Assembly (NCBI GenBank): GCA_040882165.1
Contig: JBBEBV010000027.1
Span: 1-43,471 of the forward strand
Direction: 5' to 3'
Length of the DNA stretch: 43,471 bases
Origin: Bacteroidota bacterium
Lineage (GTDB): Bacteria > Bacteroidota > Ignavibacteria > UBA10030
Each line of letters opens with the position of its first letter. Position 1 is the first letter of the stretch. The notes below the pieces were generated by a model. That model ran no database searches. It was not told the origin of the DNA and was given only the letters and a program-made list of their open reading frames with translations. Below, in pieces: positions 29,318-38,578 of the stretch. The position numbers were made by a program, and so were the translations under genes.

Positions 29318-30138
29318 CAGGTATGCTCCGTCCGCCGTTTTCCGGAAAGGACCATCCATCCGGCAAGTCCGACGATCATCAGGCCTATGGCGATTAATTG
29401 TGCCTCCGAGAGTCCCAAGGCAATGCGGGGGTTCAACCGCAGGAATTCGATGGAAAACCGCTCCAATCCGGCAAGCATGAGGTAAAGTGTAAACATCCTT
29501 CCGTTTCCATGGATGCTCTTTCGATAGCGCCAGAGTATCGAGAAAATGATTGCGCAGAATATCAACTCGTACACGGGAGTGGGGTGGCAAAGGATGTTAT
29601 CCGGGACGACACCGCCGGGATACCTTCCGGTGATTTCCGGGAAGCCTCTGAAGGCGACGGACGGGGGATAGGTGCCATTGGAATAATCGGTTCCCCATGG
29701 CAGGTCGGTCGGAAATCCATAGTCACCATCCCCCGCAAAATGGCATCCGAGGCGTGCAATGCCGTACCCCAGGATCAGGCCGGGTGACACGGCGTCCGCA
29801 ATGGAAAAGAACCGGACTTTCTTGTTCCTGGCGTACAGAAAAATCATCAGGGTAGCGAGAAGGAATCCCCCGTAAAAGGTCAGACCTGTAGGGGAAAAGG
29901 CCATTCCCATCGGGTCGGCAATGAATTGCCCCCAATGCTCTATGAGGAACAGGAGTTTCGATCCTGCAATTCCTGCCACCACGGCGATCATGGTGACGGT
30001 GTTCCCGATGTTGGGATCGATGTTCTTTCTCTTCAGCTCCGCGCCCAGGAGATAGCTTGCAACGATGAACCCAACCGCGAGCATGAGTCCATAGCTGTAG
30101 ATGGTGAAAGGGCCTATTTCAAGTAGTCGTGGACACAT
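29317..30138 (-). CDS. lgt: Prolipoprotein diacylglyceryl transferase
   Basis: Polytopic protein with Lgt signatures (IGPFTIYSYGLM, ARLGCHFAGD, HPTPVYE). The start is set at ATG 30138 (MCPRLLEIG). Confidence 0.9.
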   Translation of the reverse strand: MCPRLLEIGPFTIYSYGLMLAVGFIVASYLLGAELKRKNIDPNIGNTVTMIAVVAGIAGSKLLFLIEHWGQFIADPMGMAFSPTGLTFYGGFLLATLMIFLYARNKKVRFFSIADAVSPGLILGYGIARLGCHFAGDGDYGFPTDLPWGTDYSNGTYPPSVAFRGFPEITGRYPGGVVPDNILCHPTPVYELIFCAIIFSILWRYRKSIHGNGRMFTLYLMLAGLERFSIEFLRLNPRIALGLSEAQLIAIGLMIVGLAGWMVLSGKRRTEHT

Positions 30139-30145
30139 CGTCTTC

Positions 30146-30553
30146 TCAGGAAAGTGGTATGGGTTGTGGCGAAACACGAATGAAGGAAGTGCCGTTCGTG
30201 CCGTCGATCGTGATCCCTTGCTCGGAGATGTTCAGTGTGAACTCGTTGAAGTCATCGTCGAGCTTCGTGACGTGGAGCCGGTAGATCCCGTTGAGGTTGA
30301 GATACTCCCGCACTCCTCTGGCAGGCCCGACATCCGGCATCGTGAGGGGGGTGGTGCGAAGTCCCCGGATCTTCAGGCTGATGGTGTTCCCCTCGACGTC
30401 GCTTTCGATGAGGATCTCGTAGCGAAAGCTGATAAATTCCTTGACCGTTTGAACGACAAACACGGTGCTGGTGGTTTGGGTGCGTTCCTCGAATCGCGGA
30501 AAGACATTGAGCGTATACTCCGGATCTGCCTGCTTTCTCCTGGGCATGCTCAC
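30146..30553 (-). CDS. Hypothetical protein
   Basis: 135-aa ORF wedged between hisS (GTGA overlap, or ATG 30547) and lgt (7-nt gap). I recognise no motif. Coding status is inferred from the operon packing and the absence of a better frame. Confidence 0.55.
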   Translation of the reverse strand: MSMPRRKQADPEYTLNVFPRFEERTQTTSTVFVVQTVKEFISFRYEILIESDVEGNTISLKIRGLRTTPLTMPDVGPARGVREYLNLNGIYRLHVTKLDDDFNEFTLNISEQGITIDGTNGTSFIRVSPQPIPLS

Positions 30554-31800
30554 ACCAGTGCAGATTCAAGTTCGCCGAGGGGGACAGTTCGTTCTTCCCC
30601 CCTCACCATATGCTTCAAGCGGCCTGCTCCTGCCTGCAACTCCGTTTCTCCGATCACCATCACAAAACGGGCCTGTTGCCGGTTGGCTTCACGCATTTGT
30701 GCCTTCAGGCTGCGCTGAAGAAAATCGGTCTCGACTGCAAATCCTCTCTTGCGCAGTTCCTGTGTTTTCGAAAAAGCCCATCGCCGCGAGGGGTCATCGA
30801 TGGCTGCAATGAACAGGTCGGGTCCCCGCATCGTTCCGGCTGGTGCCCCCGTTTTCTCCAGGACGATCATGAGCCGCTCGAGTCCGGCAGCAAAACCGAC
30901 ACCAGGCGTTGCCTTTCCTCCAAGTTCTTCCACCAGGAGGTCGTATCTCCCGCCGCCTGCGAGGGCATCCTGCGAACCGAGCGCCGAGCTGGTGATTTCG
31001 AACGCTGTTTTTGTATAGTAATCGAGGCCGCGGACCAGCCTTCCGTTGATCTCAAACGGCGTTCCGGTCGCGTGGAGCAGCGACTGCACCTCCTCAAAGT
31101 GTGTTCGACATTCGGTGCAAAGATGATCCTTGATCAGGGGGGCGGCTTGCGTCATCTCCTGATCGCCTTCATTCTTGGAGTCCAGCACTCTCATGGGATT
31201 TTGCTGTACCCGGGCCTGACTTTCCGGTGACAGTCGGTCGAACACTTTTGTCAGCGCGACGATAAGCTTTTCCTTATACGCGGGCCGGCATTCTTCACAC
31301 CCGACCGAATTGATACTCAGTGCGAGGGGTTTCACCCCGAGCTCGCCGTAGACGTGCAGGGGAAGGAGCATCATCTCGACGTCGAGTTGGGGGGATTGGC
31401 TTCCCAGGGCTTCTGCGCCGAATTGATGGAATTGTCTCAAGCGACCCGCTTGTGGCCGTTCCTGGCGGAACATAGGGCCGCAATAGGAGAGCTTGATGAG
31501 GGGGGCCTGCTCGCCAAGATTGTGTTGAATATACGCGCGCAGGACAGAGGCCGTTCCCTCCGGTTTCAGCGTGAGACTTTCCCCGCTCCGGTCCGGGAAG
31601 GTATACATCTCCTTGGTAACGATATCGGTCAGCTCACCGATGCTCCGGGCAAAGAGGGCCGTCTGTTCAAAGACAGGGGTGCGGATCTCGCGGTAGCCAG
31701 CCCGATGCATGACGCTGCGAACCACCGCTTCCACATGCTGCCAGAGGCCGCTTTCTTCCGGCAGGATGTCTTTCGTACCTTTAATCGATCTAAACTTCAC
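30550..31800 (-). CDS. hisS: Histidine--tRNA ligase
   Basis: Class II aaRS motifs are present, as is KFRSIKGTKDILPEE at the N-terminus, plus FRQERPQAGRLRQFHQ, GGGRYD and a C-terminal anticodon-binding domain. The start is probably GTG 31800 or TTG 31806 rather than the longest ORF at 31896. Confidence 0.92.
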   Translation of the reverse strand: MKFRSIKGTKDILPEESGLWQHVEAVVRSVMHRAGYREIRTPVFEQTALFARSIGELTDIVTKEMYTFPDRSGESLTLKPEGTASVLRAYIQHNLGEQAPLIKLSYCGPMFRQERPQAGRLRQFHQFGAEALGSQSPQLDVEMMLLPLHVYGELGVKPLALSINSVGCEECRPAYKEKLIVALTKVFDRLSPESQARVQQNPMRVLDSKNEGDQEMTQAAPLIKDHLCTECRTHFEEVQSLLHATGTPFEINGRLVRGLDYYTKTAFEITSSALGSQDALAGGGRYDLLVEELGGKATPGVGFAAGLERLMIVLEKTGAPAGTMRGPDLFIAAIDDPSRRWAFSKTQELRKRGFAVETDFLQRSLKAQMREANRQQARFVMVIGETELQAGAGRLKHMVRGEERTVPLGELESALV

Positions 31801-31917
31801 AACCAAGCCTCGGAACGTAGTGACTGCAGGGGTGTACAAATGTCGGACATGATACAAAAGAATGTGTGGAAAATCGAGCCCGACCGAAGGGCCCATGCTT
31901 GGGGGAGGCGATCGCGG

Positions 31918-32388
31918 TTACGCTTCGAAGTGAGTCTCTTCTTCCTGTCGGAAGATCTCGAGAACTTCAGCAGGGGATTTTGCGTCCAGGAGCCGCTTGC
32001 GGAATTCCTCCCGGTTCATCAGGCGCGAGATGCGGCTCAGCAGCTTGATATGTGGGCCGACCATGTTGTCTCTTCCGACAAGCAGGAAAACAATACGAAC
32101 CGGTTGGTCGTCGAGGGCCTGATAGTCGATCGGTTCCGCCGTAATGGCGAACGCGGCAACAATGTCGCTGACGGCGTCCGTTTTTCCATGGGGGATGGCA
32201 AAGCCCGACCCGACGCCTGTGGACATGATCTTCTCCCGTTCGAAGATGGCCTCCCGCATCTTCTCCTTGTCCAGAACCCGTTCCTGGGTTGCAGCAAGGT
32301 TGATCATGGCGTTGATGATCTCCATCTTGGAGGTGCCCGGAAGTTGGGTGCGGACAACCTCTTCATGTAGAATTTCAGCAATCTTCAT
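31918..32388 (-). CDS. ptsN: PTS EIIA(Ntr)-type nitrogen regulatory protein
   Basis: 156 aa with a PTS_EIIA_2 fold. The phosphorylatable-His context is GVGSGFAIPHGK. Confidence 0.83.
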   Translation of the reverse strand: MKIAEILHEEVVRTQLPGTSKMEIINAMINLAATQERVLDKEKMREAIFEREKIMSTGVGSGFAIPHGKTDAVSDIVAAFAITAEPIDYQALDDQPVRIVFLLVGRDNMVGPHIKLLSRISRLMNREEFRKRLLDAKSPAEVLEIFRQEEETHFEA

Positions 32389-32427
32389 ACGCGCTCCACG
32401 CTCAGGGTAGACTCATGCCAGCTTGCG

Positions 32428-34938
32428 TTATTCGTTCTTGATCCACTGCTGCAGCTTCTCCGCATACTCGCCCGCCAGACTTTCTGCAAAGCCCGGGTCC
32501 TCGGATTCGGCGTTGATATGAAACAACGGACGCGTCCGGTCCGGGCTCAGGAGCACCGATGTGCGGTCGTCCTGTTGTCGAGGGAACAGCTTCACCCCGT
32601 CAATCAACTCCCGCCGGATCCGTTCCGAGTCCTTCATGAGATGCCGCATGACCCGCCCCTTGACGCTCCATGAACAAGGAACGGCTTTTTTGACCAAATG
32701 CAAGTGGGGCGTTTCCCGGTCCAGTTCCCCCAGGCGTTTCTTTGTCTGCGCGAGGCATTCAAGGAGCTTCGCGACAGAATACATCCCGTCCGAGGCAAAC
32801 AGGAAATCGTTGTAAATGAAGCCCCCCTTGGTTCCGCCGACAAACCGGTTTTGCTTGTCTGCAGCGGCTTCCATCAGGGCGAGATGATTATCGCGAGTCT
32901 TCAGGACCGTCAGGCCATATTCTTCCGCCAGCAAATCGATTTCCCCGGAAGCCGAAATCGGGACGGCAATACGTTTGATATCGGGATAGGCCAGGACCAC
33001 AAGCTTCGTCATCAGCGTGAGGAGGCGGTCATTGTTGATGTGCCTGCCATGCTCATCCACGACGAGAATCTTTTCGGCACCGGGATCCAGCATGCATCCC
33101 AGGTCGTACTTGAGGGAGGTCACGACATGGGACAATTCCCTCAGGGACTGATCGATCTCTTCGCGGCTCCGCGTCAGTTTCTTGTTGTCGAGGTACGCGT
33201 GCAGGGAAACGACCTGGACGTTCAGGTTGCCCAGGATGTTTGGGAAGATCGTGGAGGCAATACCGTTGGAATAATCAATGACGAGCTTGAGCCCGGCCGA
33301 CTTGATGGTGTTGATGTTGATGGTCTTGAGGAACCGCTCGATGTACCCTTCCGTCGCTCGTTCGGGAAAGCGCACCGTCCCCACGGCGTCGTACGTGGAA
33401 CGTGTAAAATCCTCCCCAAAGAAGAGCCGTTCAACAGATTTGGATTTATTGGTCGGGAGATCTTTGCCGTCGGCATCGAAGAAAATGATGTCCGTGAACT
33501 GCTTGTTGTACGGTGATTTACGGACGTGGACTCCTCCCCGCTCCTTGCCGGCCCGAAGTTCATGCCGGACAATGGGGATGGAGGTTGCCCGAAGGTCGTC
33601 GCAGTCTACGCCGGCAGACATCAGACCGCACATGAAAGACCTGTTGATCATGCGGGAGACATTGTCGGAATCGCGGCTGGTCACGACCGTGGAACCTGCT
33701 CCAACGAACGCGCCGAATGCCGCTCCCAACTTTGCCGCAAATTCGGGGTTCATTTCGATATTGGAAATACCGCTCACGCGTGCTTCCGCAAATAATTCCC
33801 TCAGCCATCGATCTTCCCACACGAGGCTGCGGGTGACGATCGCGCCCTCCTCGACGACTTTTTCCGGCCAAAGCTTGATGTTCGCCATGAGACGGCTGCG
33901 CTTGCCGATGACGCACTGATCGCCGATGAAGACATTTTCGGAGATGATCGCATCGTCACCGAGAATACATTTTGTCCCAATGACATCGGTTGAAACTTCC
34001 GTGTTCGCACCAACCTGTGTTCCGTTCCAGACAACGCTGTTCCGCACGATGCTCCCGGGAAGGAGCTCACAATCGTCCCCGATAACCGAATTGGAGATGA
34101 CAACATCAGGGTGGATGCGGGCATTTTTTCCTATCAACACGGTTCCGCTCAGGTTTGCCGGGTCGGTTTCTACCCTGGTATTCGGGCCGACATACGCGCT
34201 CCCTCGGAGTTCGCCCGGCATGGTTGTTCGCACGGAGCCGTGAAGGGCATCGAAGTGTGCGTCCTGGTATTCGTTTAGGTTCCCAATGTCGCGCCAGTAT
34301 CCTTCAGCGACGTACCCGTACAATCCCATATCACGATCGAGCATCAGGGGGAAGAGGCCCTTGCTGAAATCGAACTCCTCTTTTGGAGGGATCAGTTCCA
34401 GAATTTCCGGCTCAAGGATATAGATTCCGGTGTTGATCGTATCGCTGAAGACCTCTCCCCAGGACGGCTTTTCCAAAAACCGTGTGATCTTTCCATCGTC
34501 GCGGGTGAGAACGACGCCGTACTGGAGGGGGTTGGAGGAGCGCGTCAGGACGATCGTCGCCTTGGCTTTTTTCTCCTGATGATACCGGATCGCGGCGGAG
34601 AGGTCAAAGTCGGTAAAAACATCGCCGCTGATGATGAGGAATCGTTGATCCAGGAAATCTTTTGCATTGCGCACGCTCCCCGCAGTCCCGTAATCCGCTT
34701 CGGCTTTCCGGTATTGCATTTGGACACCGAAAGCGCTCCCGTCGCCGAAATAATTCGAGATGACCTCGGGCTGGTAATAGAGCGTTGCAACGATATCGGT
34801 GATGGCATGTGTTTTCAGCAGTTCAACAATATGCTCCATCATGGGCCTGTTGAGCATCGGCACCATCGGCTTGGGAATGTTGCAGGTCAGAGGGCGCAGG
34901 CGGGTTCCGAATCCTCCCGCCATGATAACTGCTTTCAT
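32428..34938 (-). CDS. Sugar-1-phosphate nucleotidyltransferase / left-handed beta-helix / phosphohexomutase-like fusion protein
   Basis: 836 aa. The N-terminus is MKAVIMAGGFGTRLRPLT, the NTP-transferase G-loop. The middle region has hexapeptide-repeat character. The C-terminal roughly 450 aa have alpha-D-phosphohexomutase architecture. Confidence 0.86.
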   Translation of the reverse strand: MKAVIMAGGFGTRLRPLTCNIPKPMVPMLNRPMMEHIVELLKTHAITDIVATLYYQPEVISNYFGDGSAFGVQMQYRKAEADYGTAGSVRNAKDFLDQRFLIISGDVFTDFDLSAAIRYHQEKKAKATIVLTRSSNPLQYGVVLTRDDGKITRFLEKPSWGEVFSDTINTGIYILEPEILELIPPKEEFDFSKGLFPLMLDRDMGLYGYVAEGYWRDIGNLNEYQDAHFDALHGSVRTTMPGELRGSAYVGPNTRVETDPANLSGTVLIGKNARIHPDVVISNSVIGDDCELLPGSIVRNSVVWNGTQVGANTEVSTDVIGTKCILGDDAIISENVFIGDQCVIGKRSRLMANIKLWPEKVVEEGAIVTRSLVWEDRWLRELFAEARVSGISNIEMNPEFAAKLGAAFGAFVGAGSTVVTSRDSDNVSRMINRSFMCGLMSAGVDCDDLRATSIPIVRHELRAGKERGGVHVRKSPYNKQFTDIIFFDADGKDLPTNKSKSVERLFFGEDFTRSTYDAVGTVRFPERATEGYIERFLKTININTIKSAGLKLVIDYSNGIASTIFPNILGNLNVQVVSLHAYLDNKKLTRSREEIDQSLRELSHVVTSLKYDLGCMLDPGAEKILVVDEHGRHINNDRLLTLMTKLVVLAYPDIKRIAVPISASGEIDLLAEEYGLTVLKTRDNHLALMEAAADKQNRFVGGTKGGFIYNDFLFASDGMYSVAKLLECLAQTKKRLGELDRETPHLHLVKKAVPCSWSVKGRVMRHLMKDSERIRRELIDGVKLFPRQQDDRTSVLLSPDRTRPLFHINAESEDPGFAESLAGEYAEKLQQWIKNE

Positions 34939-35113
34939 CGGTGAGAAACGTTGAGGGTGAATGCAAACAGGAGTAGTTGCTTAAAATAGTATGGAAAAAT
35001 GGCACTTCTCGCAAGCGCAATCTCTTCCCTACTCGGATTGGGAAAATGGGCGAAGCAAACGTCGGAAAACGATGAGGAACCGATTCCTTCGGGGTTGGAC
35101 GCTGAGTTTCACC

Positions 35114-35144
35114 TTGACTTTCTTTGCCTAAATGGCTAAATTTG
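35114..35144 (+). promoter_or_regulatory. Putative FCB-type sigma-A promoter (-33 TTG / -7 TAnnTTTG)
   Basis: TAAATTTG at 35137-35144 is an exact match to TAnnTTTG. A TTG lies at 35114-35116, leaving 20 nt between the elements. The site is about 55 nt upstream of ATG 35199. This is a motif match only. Confidence 0.3.
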
Positions 35145-35198
35145 TGCACCTTTTCTGGGCCAGATTCACATTCATCAAGTGTAAGGATTGACGCCCGA

Positions 35199-37130
35199 AT
35201 GCTGAACACCATCCGTTCCTGGTTTAATGTTTTGCCGTTAAGACAGGAACTGGTTGTAGTTGCGGGCGTCGTTCTATTTTTGGTGGGATGGTTTGTTCCA
35301 GGCTCCATAGTCAAGCTTCTGGCCTTCGGATTAAGCGGAGTGGCTTTTGCCTACAGAGGTGTGGTCTGGTTACGGAGCGGCGTTCCGGCGGAAGGGGAGC
35401 AGGCAATGGAGCACCCTTCGATCACAACAAAGGAGCAGGATTCAGAAATGAAGAAACTCGTCTTCGACGACTTTCAACCGGGTGGCAAGCAGTTTCGTGT
35501 GGATTTCGTGGAGGAGACGAGGAATCAGGGTCCGGTACCGCCGCAGGCGCCACAGCGCGCAGAGCCTGAGCGGTCCGTCGCACTTTCCGAATACGAATTT
35601 CAATTATCCGATTTTGTGGACATTAACGAAGATTTGTTTGTGCGTGAGGGGGGGCCGAAGTCTGAGTTCGGCTTCCTGATGAAGAAAGTCCTCACTGTTG
35701 TCAAGGAAGTGCACTTCGCCCACTCCGTTGCATTCTTCTGGGTGAACCGTGAAAAAAACCAGATGGTGCTGGAAAGCTTCATCTCGGACAGCGAGAAATT
35801 CATGACGCATCGCCGCCGCGAGATGGGCAACGATGTCATCAGCCAGGTGGCGACGACCGGCCACCCGAGAATTCTCAACCACGTCAATGCGGCGGGCCAG
35901 CTTGAGATGCTCGGGTACTATGAAGGCATTGAGCCGGTAAAGACCTTCATCGCCGTCCCGATTTTCTATTCCAAGCTCCAGGGTACCCCGAAGGAACCGG
36001 TCGCTGTACTGACGGTCGATTGCATTGATGATGATGCCTACGGCCCGGAGACTCTTGCGTCGTTGGGGCAGTTCACAAAATTGATTTCGGCGCTGATCAA
36101 AAGCTATACGGACAAGTACGACCTGTTGCTCGATTCGGAGGTGCTCCGTTCCATCTCCCGGATCCGGGAGCAACTGAAGATGGAATTCAGCCTCCACAAT
36201 GCCATCAAGACACTTGCCGAGGAGGCGTCGAAGCTCCTGTCGTGGGACTACATTACGATTGTGCTCTTCGATGAAGCGAGGAAATCCTGGGTTGTCCAGT
36301 TCGTGATGAACCGGATGAACGATCCCTATGTGACGCCGACGCACGAAATTGACCCGCATCACAGCCTGGTGGGCAGCACTTTACAATCTGCCATACCCAA
36401 AATCGTCGATCATGTCGATACAGCCGAGCTTCCCCGGTTCTACAAGGCCGAACGGGTTGACGCGCACGGGAGCATGCTGATCCTCCCTATCAACTCGACG
36501 AACCGCTGTTACGGGGCGATGATCGTCGAAAGCAAGGACGCCAAGGCCTATTCGGAAGCCGATGTCAAGCTTCTTCAGAAACTCGTCGATACCACATCGT
36601 CCGCGCTGGAGATTTTCGCTCTGACGGACGTCGTGAACAACTATGTGCTTGTTGACGAAACAACGGGCGTTGCCACACGTAAATATTTCATCGAGCGGGT
36701 GCAGGAGGAGGTCCAGAGAGCAAACGATTTCGGCCTGGACCTGACGGTCGTCATGTGCTCCATCGATTCGATGAACGATCACATGCAGCGGTATGGCAAA
36801 GAAGGGTTCGATTTTGTGCTTCAAAATGTAGCCCGTATGATCAGGGCCTGCGTTCGTCCGTATGATCTCATCGGCCGGTACGACTTCAACCGGTTCGCGA
36901 TCATGTTGATCAGCACGGACAAGAACGAATCATCGTTATGGGCCGAGAAACTTCGCAGGAATATTGCCAGTAATATTATGAATGTGGATCAGAAGAGCTT
37001 TTCAGTAACGATCAGTATCGGCGTTTGCGGAGCGGTTAGCCAGACAAGCGATATCGAGCTGCTCGAAAATGCCAGCCAGACGCTGAAGAAAGCGATCGAA
37101 GCCGGCGGTAATATCGTGAGGGTGTACTAA
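35199..37130 (+). CDS. Membrane-anchored GAF-GAF-GGDEF-domain protein with a degenerate active site
   Basis: The N-terminus has two hydrophobic helices, followed by GAF-like regions and a C-terminal GGDEF fold (DETTGVATRKYF...SIDSMNDHMQRYG...). DFNRF stands in place of GG[DE]EF, and RPYD lies five residues upstream. ATG 35199 is preferred over TTG 35124. Confidence 0.85.
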   Translation: MLNTIRSWFNVLPLRQELVVVAGVVLFLVGWFVPGSIVKLLAFGLSGVAFAYRGVVWLRSGVPAEGEQAMEHPSITTKEQDSEMKKLVFDDFQPGGKQFRVDFVEETRNQGPVPPQAPQRAEPERSVALSEYEFQLSDFVDINEDLFVREGGPKSEFGFLMKKVLTVVKEVHFAHSVAFFWVNREKNQMVLESFISDSEKFMTHRRREMGNDVISQVATTGHPRILNHVNAAGQLEMLGYYEGIEPVKTFIAVPIFYSKLQGTPKEPVAVLTVDCIDDDAYGPETLASLGQFTKLISALIKSYTDKYDLLLDSEVLRSISRIREQLKMEFSLHNAIKTLAEEASKLLSWDYITIVLFDEARKSWVVQFVMNRMNDPYVTPTHEIDPHHSLVGSTLQSAIPKIVDHVDTAELPRFYKAERVDAHGSMLILPINSTNRCYGAMIVESKDAKAYSEADVKLLQKLVDTTSSALEIFALTDVVNNYVLVDETTGVATRKYFIERVQEEVQRANDFGLDLTVVMCSIDSMNDHMQRYGKEGFDFVLQNVARMIRACVRPYDLIGRYDFNRFAIMLISTDKNESSLWAEKLRRNIASNIMNVDQKSFSVTISIGVCGAVSQTSDIELLENASQTLKKAIEAGGNIVRVY

Positions 37131-37152
37131 CAAGTGATTTTCGGAGGAACGT

Positions 37153-37347
37153 ATGGCAAAGCAACAAGATTTTGCACAGAAGGCTAAAAAAGGAATGCAG
37201 GAAAAGGGGACAAAGTGCCCGAAATGCGGCTCGGTCAAGACCCCGACCATGTATGTGCAATCCGTTCGCACGCCGGACGGAACGTACCGGTTCAACCGGT
37301 CGCATGTGCAGGTCTGCAATTGCAACGAAAAGATGGTGTTCGCGTAA
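37153..37347 (+). CDS. Small Cys4 zinc-ribbon-like protein (hypothetical)
   Basis: 64 aa. ATG 37153 is preceded by GGAGGAACGT, one of the strongest SD sequences in the window. The cysteines form CPKCG...CNC (4 Cys) in a lysine-rich basic N-terminus. Confidence 0.55.
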   Translation: MAKQQDFAQKAKKGMQEKGTKCPKCGSVKTPTMYVQSVRTPDGTYRFNRSHVQVCNCNEKMVFA

Positions 37348-37389
37348 AAGCAGTTCCACTTCTCGTCATCCTCGAGTACAGTCCGCTTC

Positions 37390-38574
37390 TTGAAACCTGG
37401 AAAGGTAGTCTTCATCGTTTTAGACGGAGTCGGTGTCGGCGCGCTACCCGATGCTGCTGCATACGGCGATCGAGAAGCGAATACGCTCGCGGGCACTGCG
37501 CGTGCGGTCGATGGACTTCATCTTCCGAACCTTTCGCGCCTGGGGTTGGGCAATATCATCCCCGTCCAGGGATTGACGCCTGCCAGGCAGGCTGAGGCCT
37601 GTTACGGGAAGATGGCGGAACGCTCGGCAGGGAAGGATAGCACGACCGGACACTGGGAGTTGGCAGGACTCGTAACCAGTCATCCGTTTCCGTTGTACCC
37701 AAACGGATTTCCCCGGGATGTTTTGGATGCGTTCCTTGCGGCCACGGGCTGTGAGGGTGTGTTGGGCAATTCGTCGGCCTCGGGGACTGAGATCATCAAA
37801 GAGCTGGGGGAGGAGCATGTCCGGACCGGTTTCCCAATCATCTATACTTCCGGCGACTCCGTATTCCAGATCGCGGCCCATGAAGAGGTCATTCCTCTCG
37901 ACCGGTTGTACGAGATCTGTCTGAAAACACGGAACGAGGTGATGGTCGGCAAGCACGCGGTGGGCCGGGTGATCGCCCGCCCGTTTATTGGTTCGGGCGG
38001 TTCCTTCACGCGCACCACGAACCGAAGGGACTTTGCCCTGGAACCTCCCTCCTCAACGTTGCTCGATCTCCTCCAGGAGGCCGGCATCGAAACGGTGGGT
38101 GTCGGGAAGATTGACGACCTGTTCTCCGGAAGGGGACTACAGCAAAAGATTCATACGCGTTCGAATGCAGAGGGTGTTCGAGAGACCATCACCGCTGCAG
38201 CCGGTTTGCGAACGGGGATGGTGATGACGAACCTTGTGGACTTTGATACGTTGTATGGCCATCGCCAGGACCCGCGGGGACTGGCCGAAGCCTTGACGGA
38301 GTTTGACGCGGCTTTGCCGAGGATTCTCAATGTGATCGGTGATGAGGACGTGCTGGTTCTGACCGCGGACCATGGCAATGATCCGACAGATCAAAGCACC
38401 GATCATTCGCGGGAATATGTTCCCCTGCTCTGGTACACAACGTGGGGAAAGCGCAACATCGACCTGGGAGTGCGCCCGTCGTTTGCCGATGCGGGAAAAA
38501 CGGTGGGTGAGTATTTCGGTTTGGGTACTCCGGGAACGCTCGCGGGCAACAGTTTCCTCAGTCAGGTAGTCTAA
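37390..38574 (+). CDS. deoB: Phosphopentomutase
   Basis: VFIVLDGVGVG at the N-terminus, DSTTGHWE and the C-terminal TADHGNDPT metal-binding motifs are present. It uses a TTG start. Confidence 0.93.
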   Translation: MKPGKVVFIVLDGVGVGALPDAAAYGDREANTLAGTARAVDGLHLPNLSRLGLGNIIPVQGLTPARQAEACYGKMAERSAGKDSTTGHWELAGLVTSHPFPLYPNGFPRDVLDAFLAATGCEGVLGNSSASGTEIIKELGEEHVRTGFPIIYTSGDSVFQIAAHEEVIPLDRLYEICLKTRNEVMVGKHAVGRVIARPFIGSGGSFTRTTNRRDFALEPPSSTLLDLLQEAGIETVGVGKIDDLFSGRGLQQKIHTRSNAEGVRETITAAAGLRTGMVMTNLVDFDTLYGHRQDPRGLAEALTEFDAALPRILNVIGDEDVLVLTADHGNDPTDQSTDHSREYVPLLWYTTWGKRNIDLGVRPSFADAGKTVGEYFGLGTPGTLAGNSFLSQVV

Positions 38575-38578
38575 GGGT

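Noticed and set aside
31354-32370. 338-aa plus-strand ORF.
   Set aside because: It lies antisense to hisS and ptsN, both confidently identified. It is a shadow ORF.
35000-35015. TGGCACTTCTCGCAAG looks like a sigma-54 -24/-12 promoter. A near-identical ATGGCACTTCTCG also occurs at 24141-24153.
   Set aside because: The GG to GC spacing is two nt shorter than the strict TGGCAC-N5-TTGC geometry. The second copy lies inside the start of the carboxyltransferase coding region. The 13-nt identity is most likely chance.
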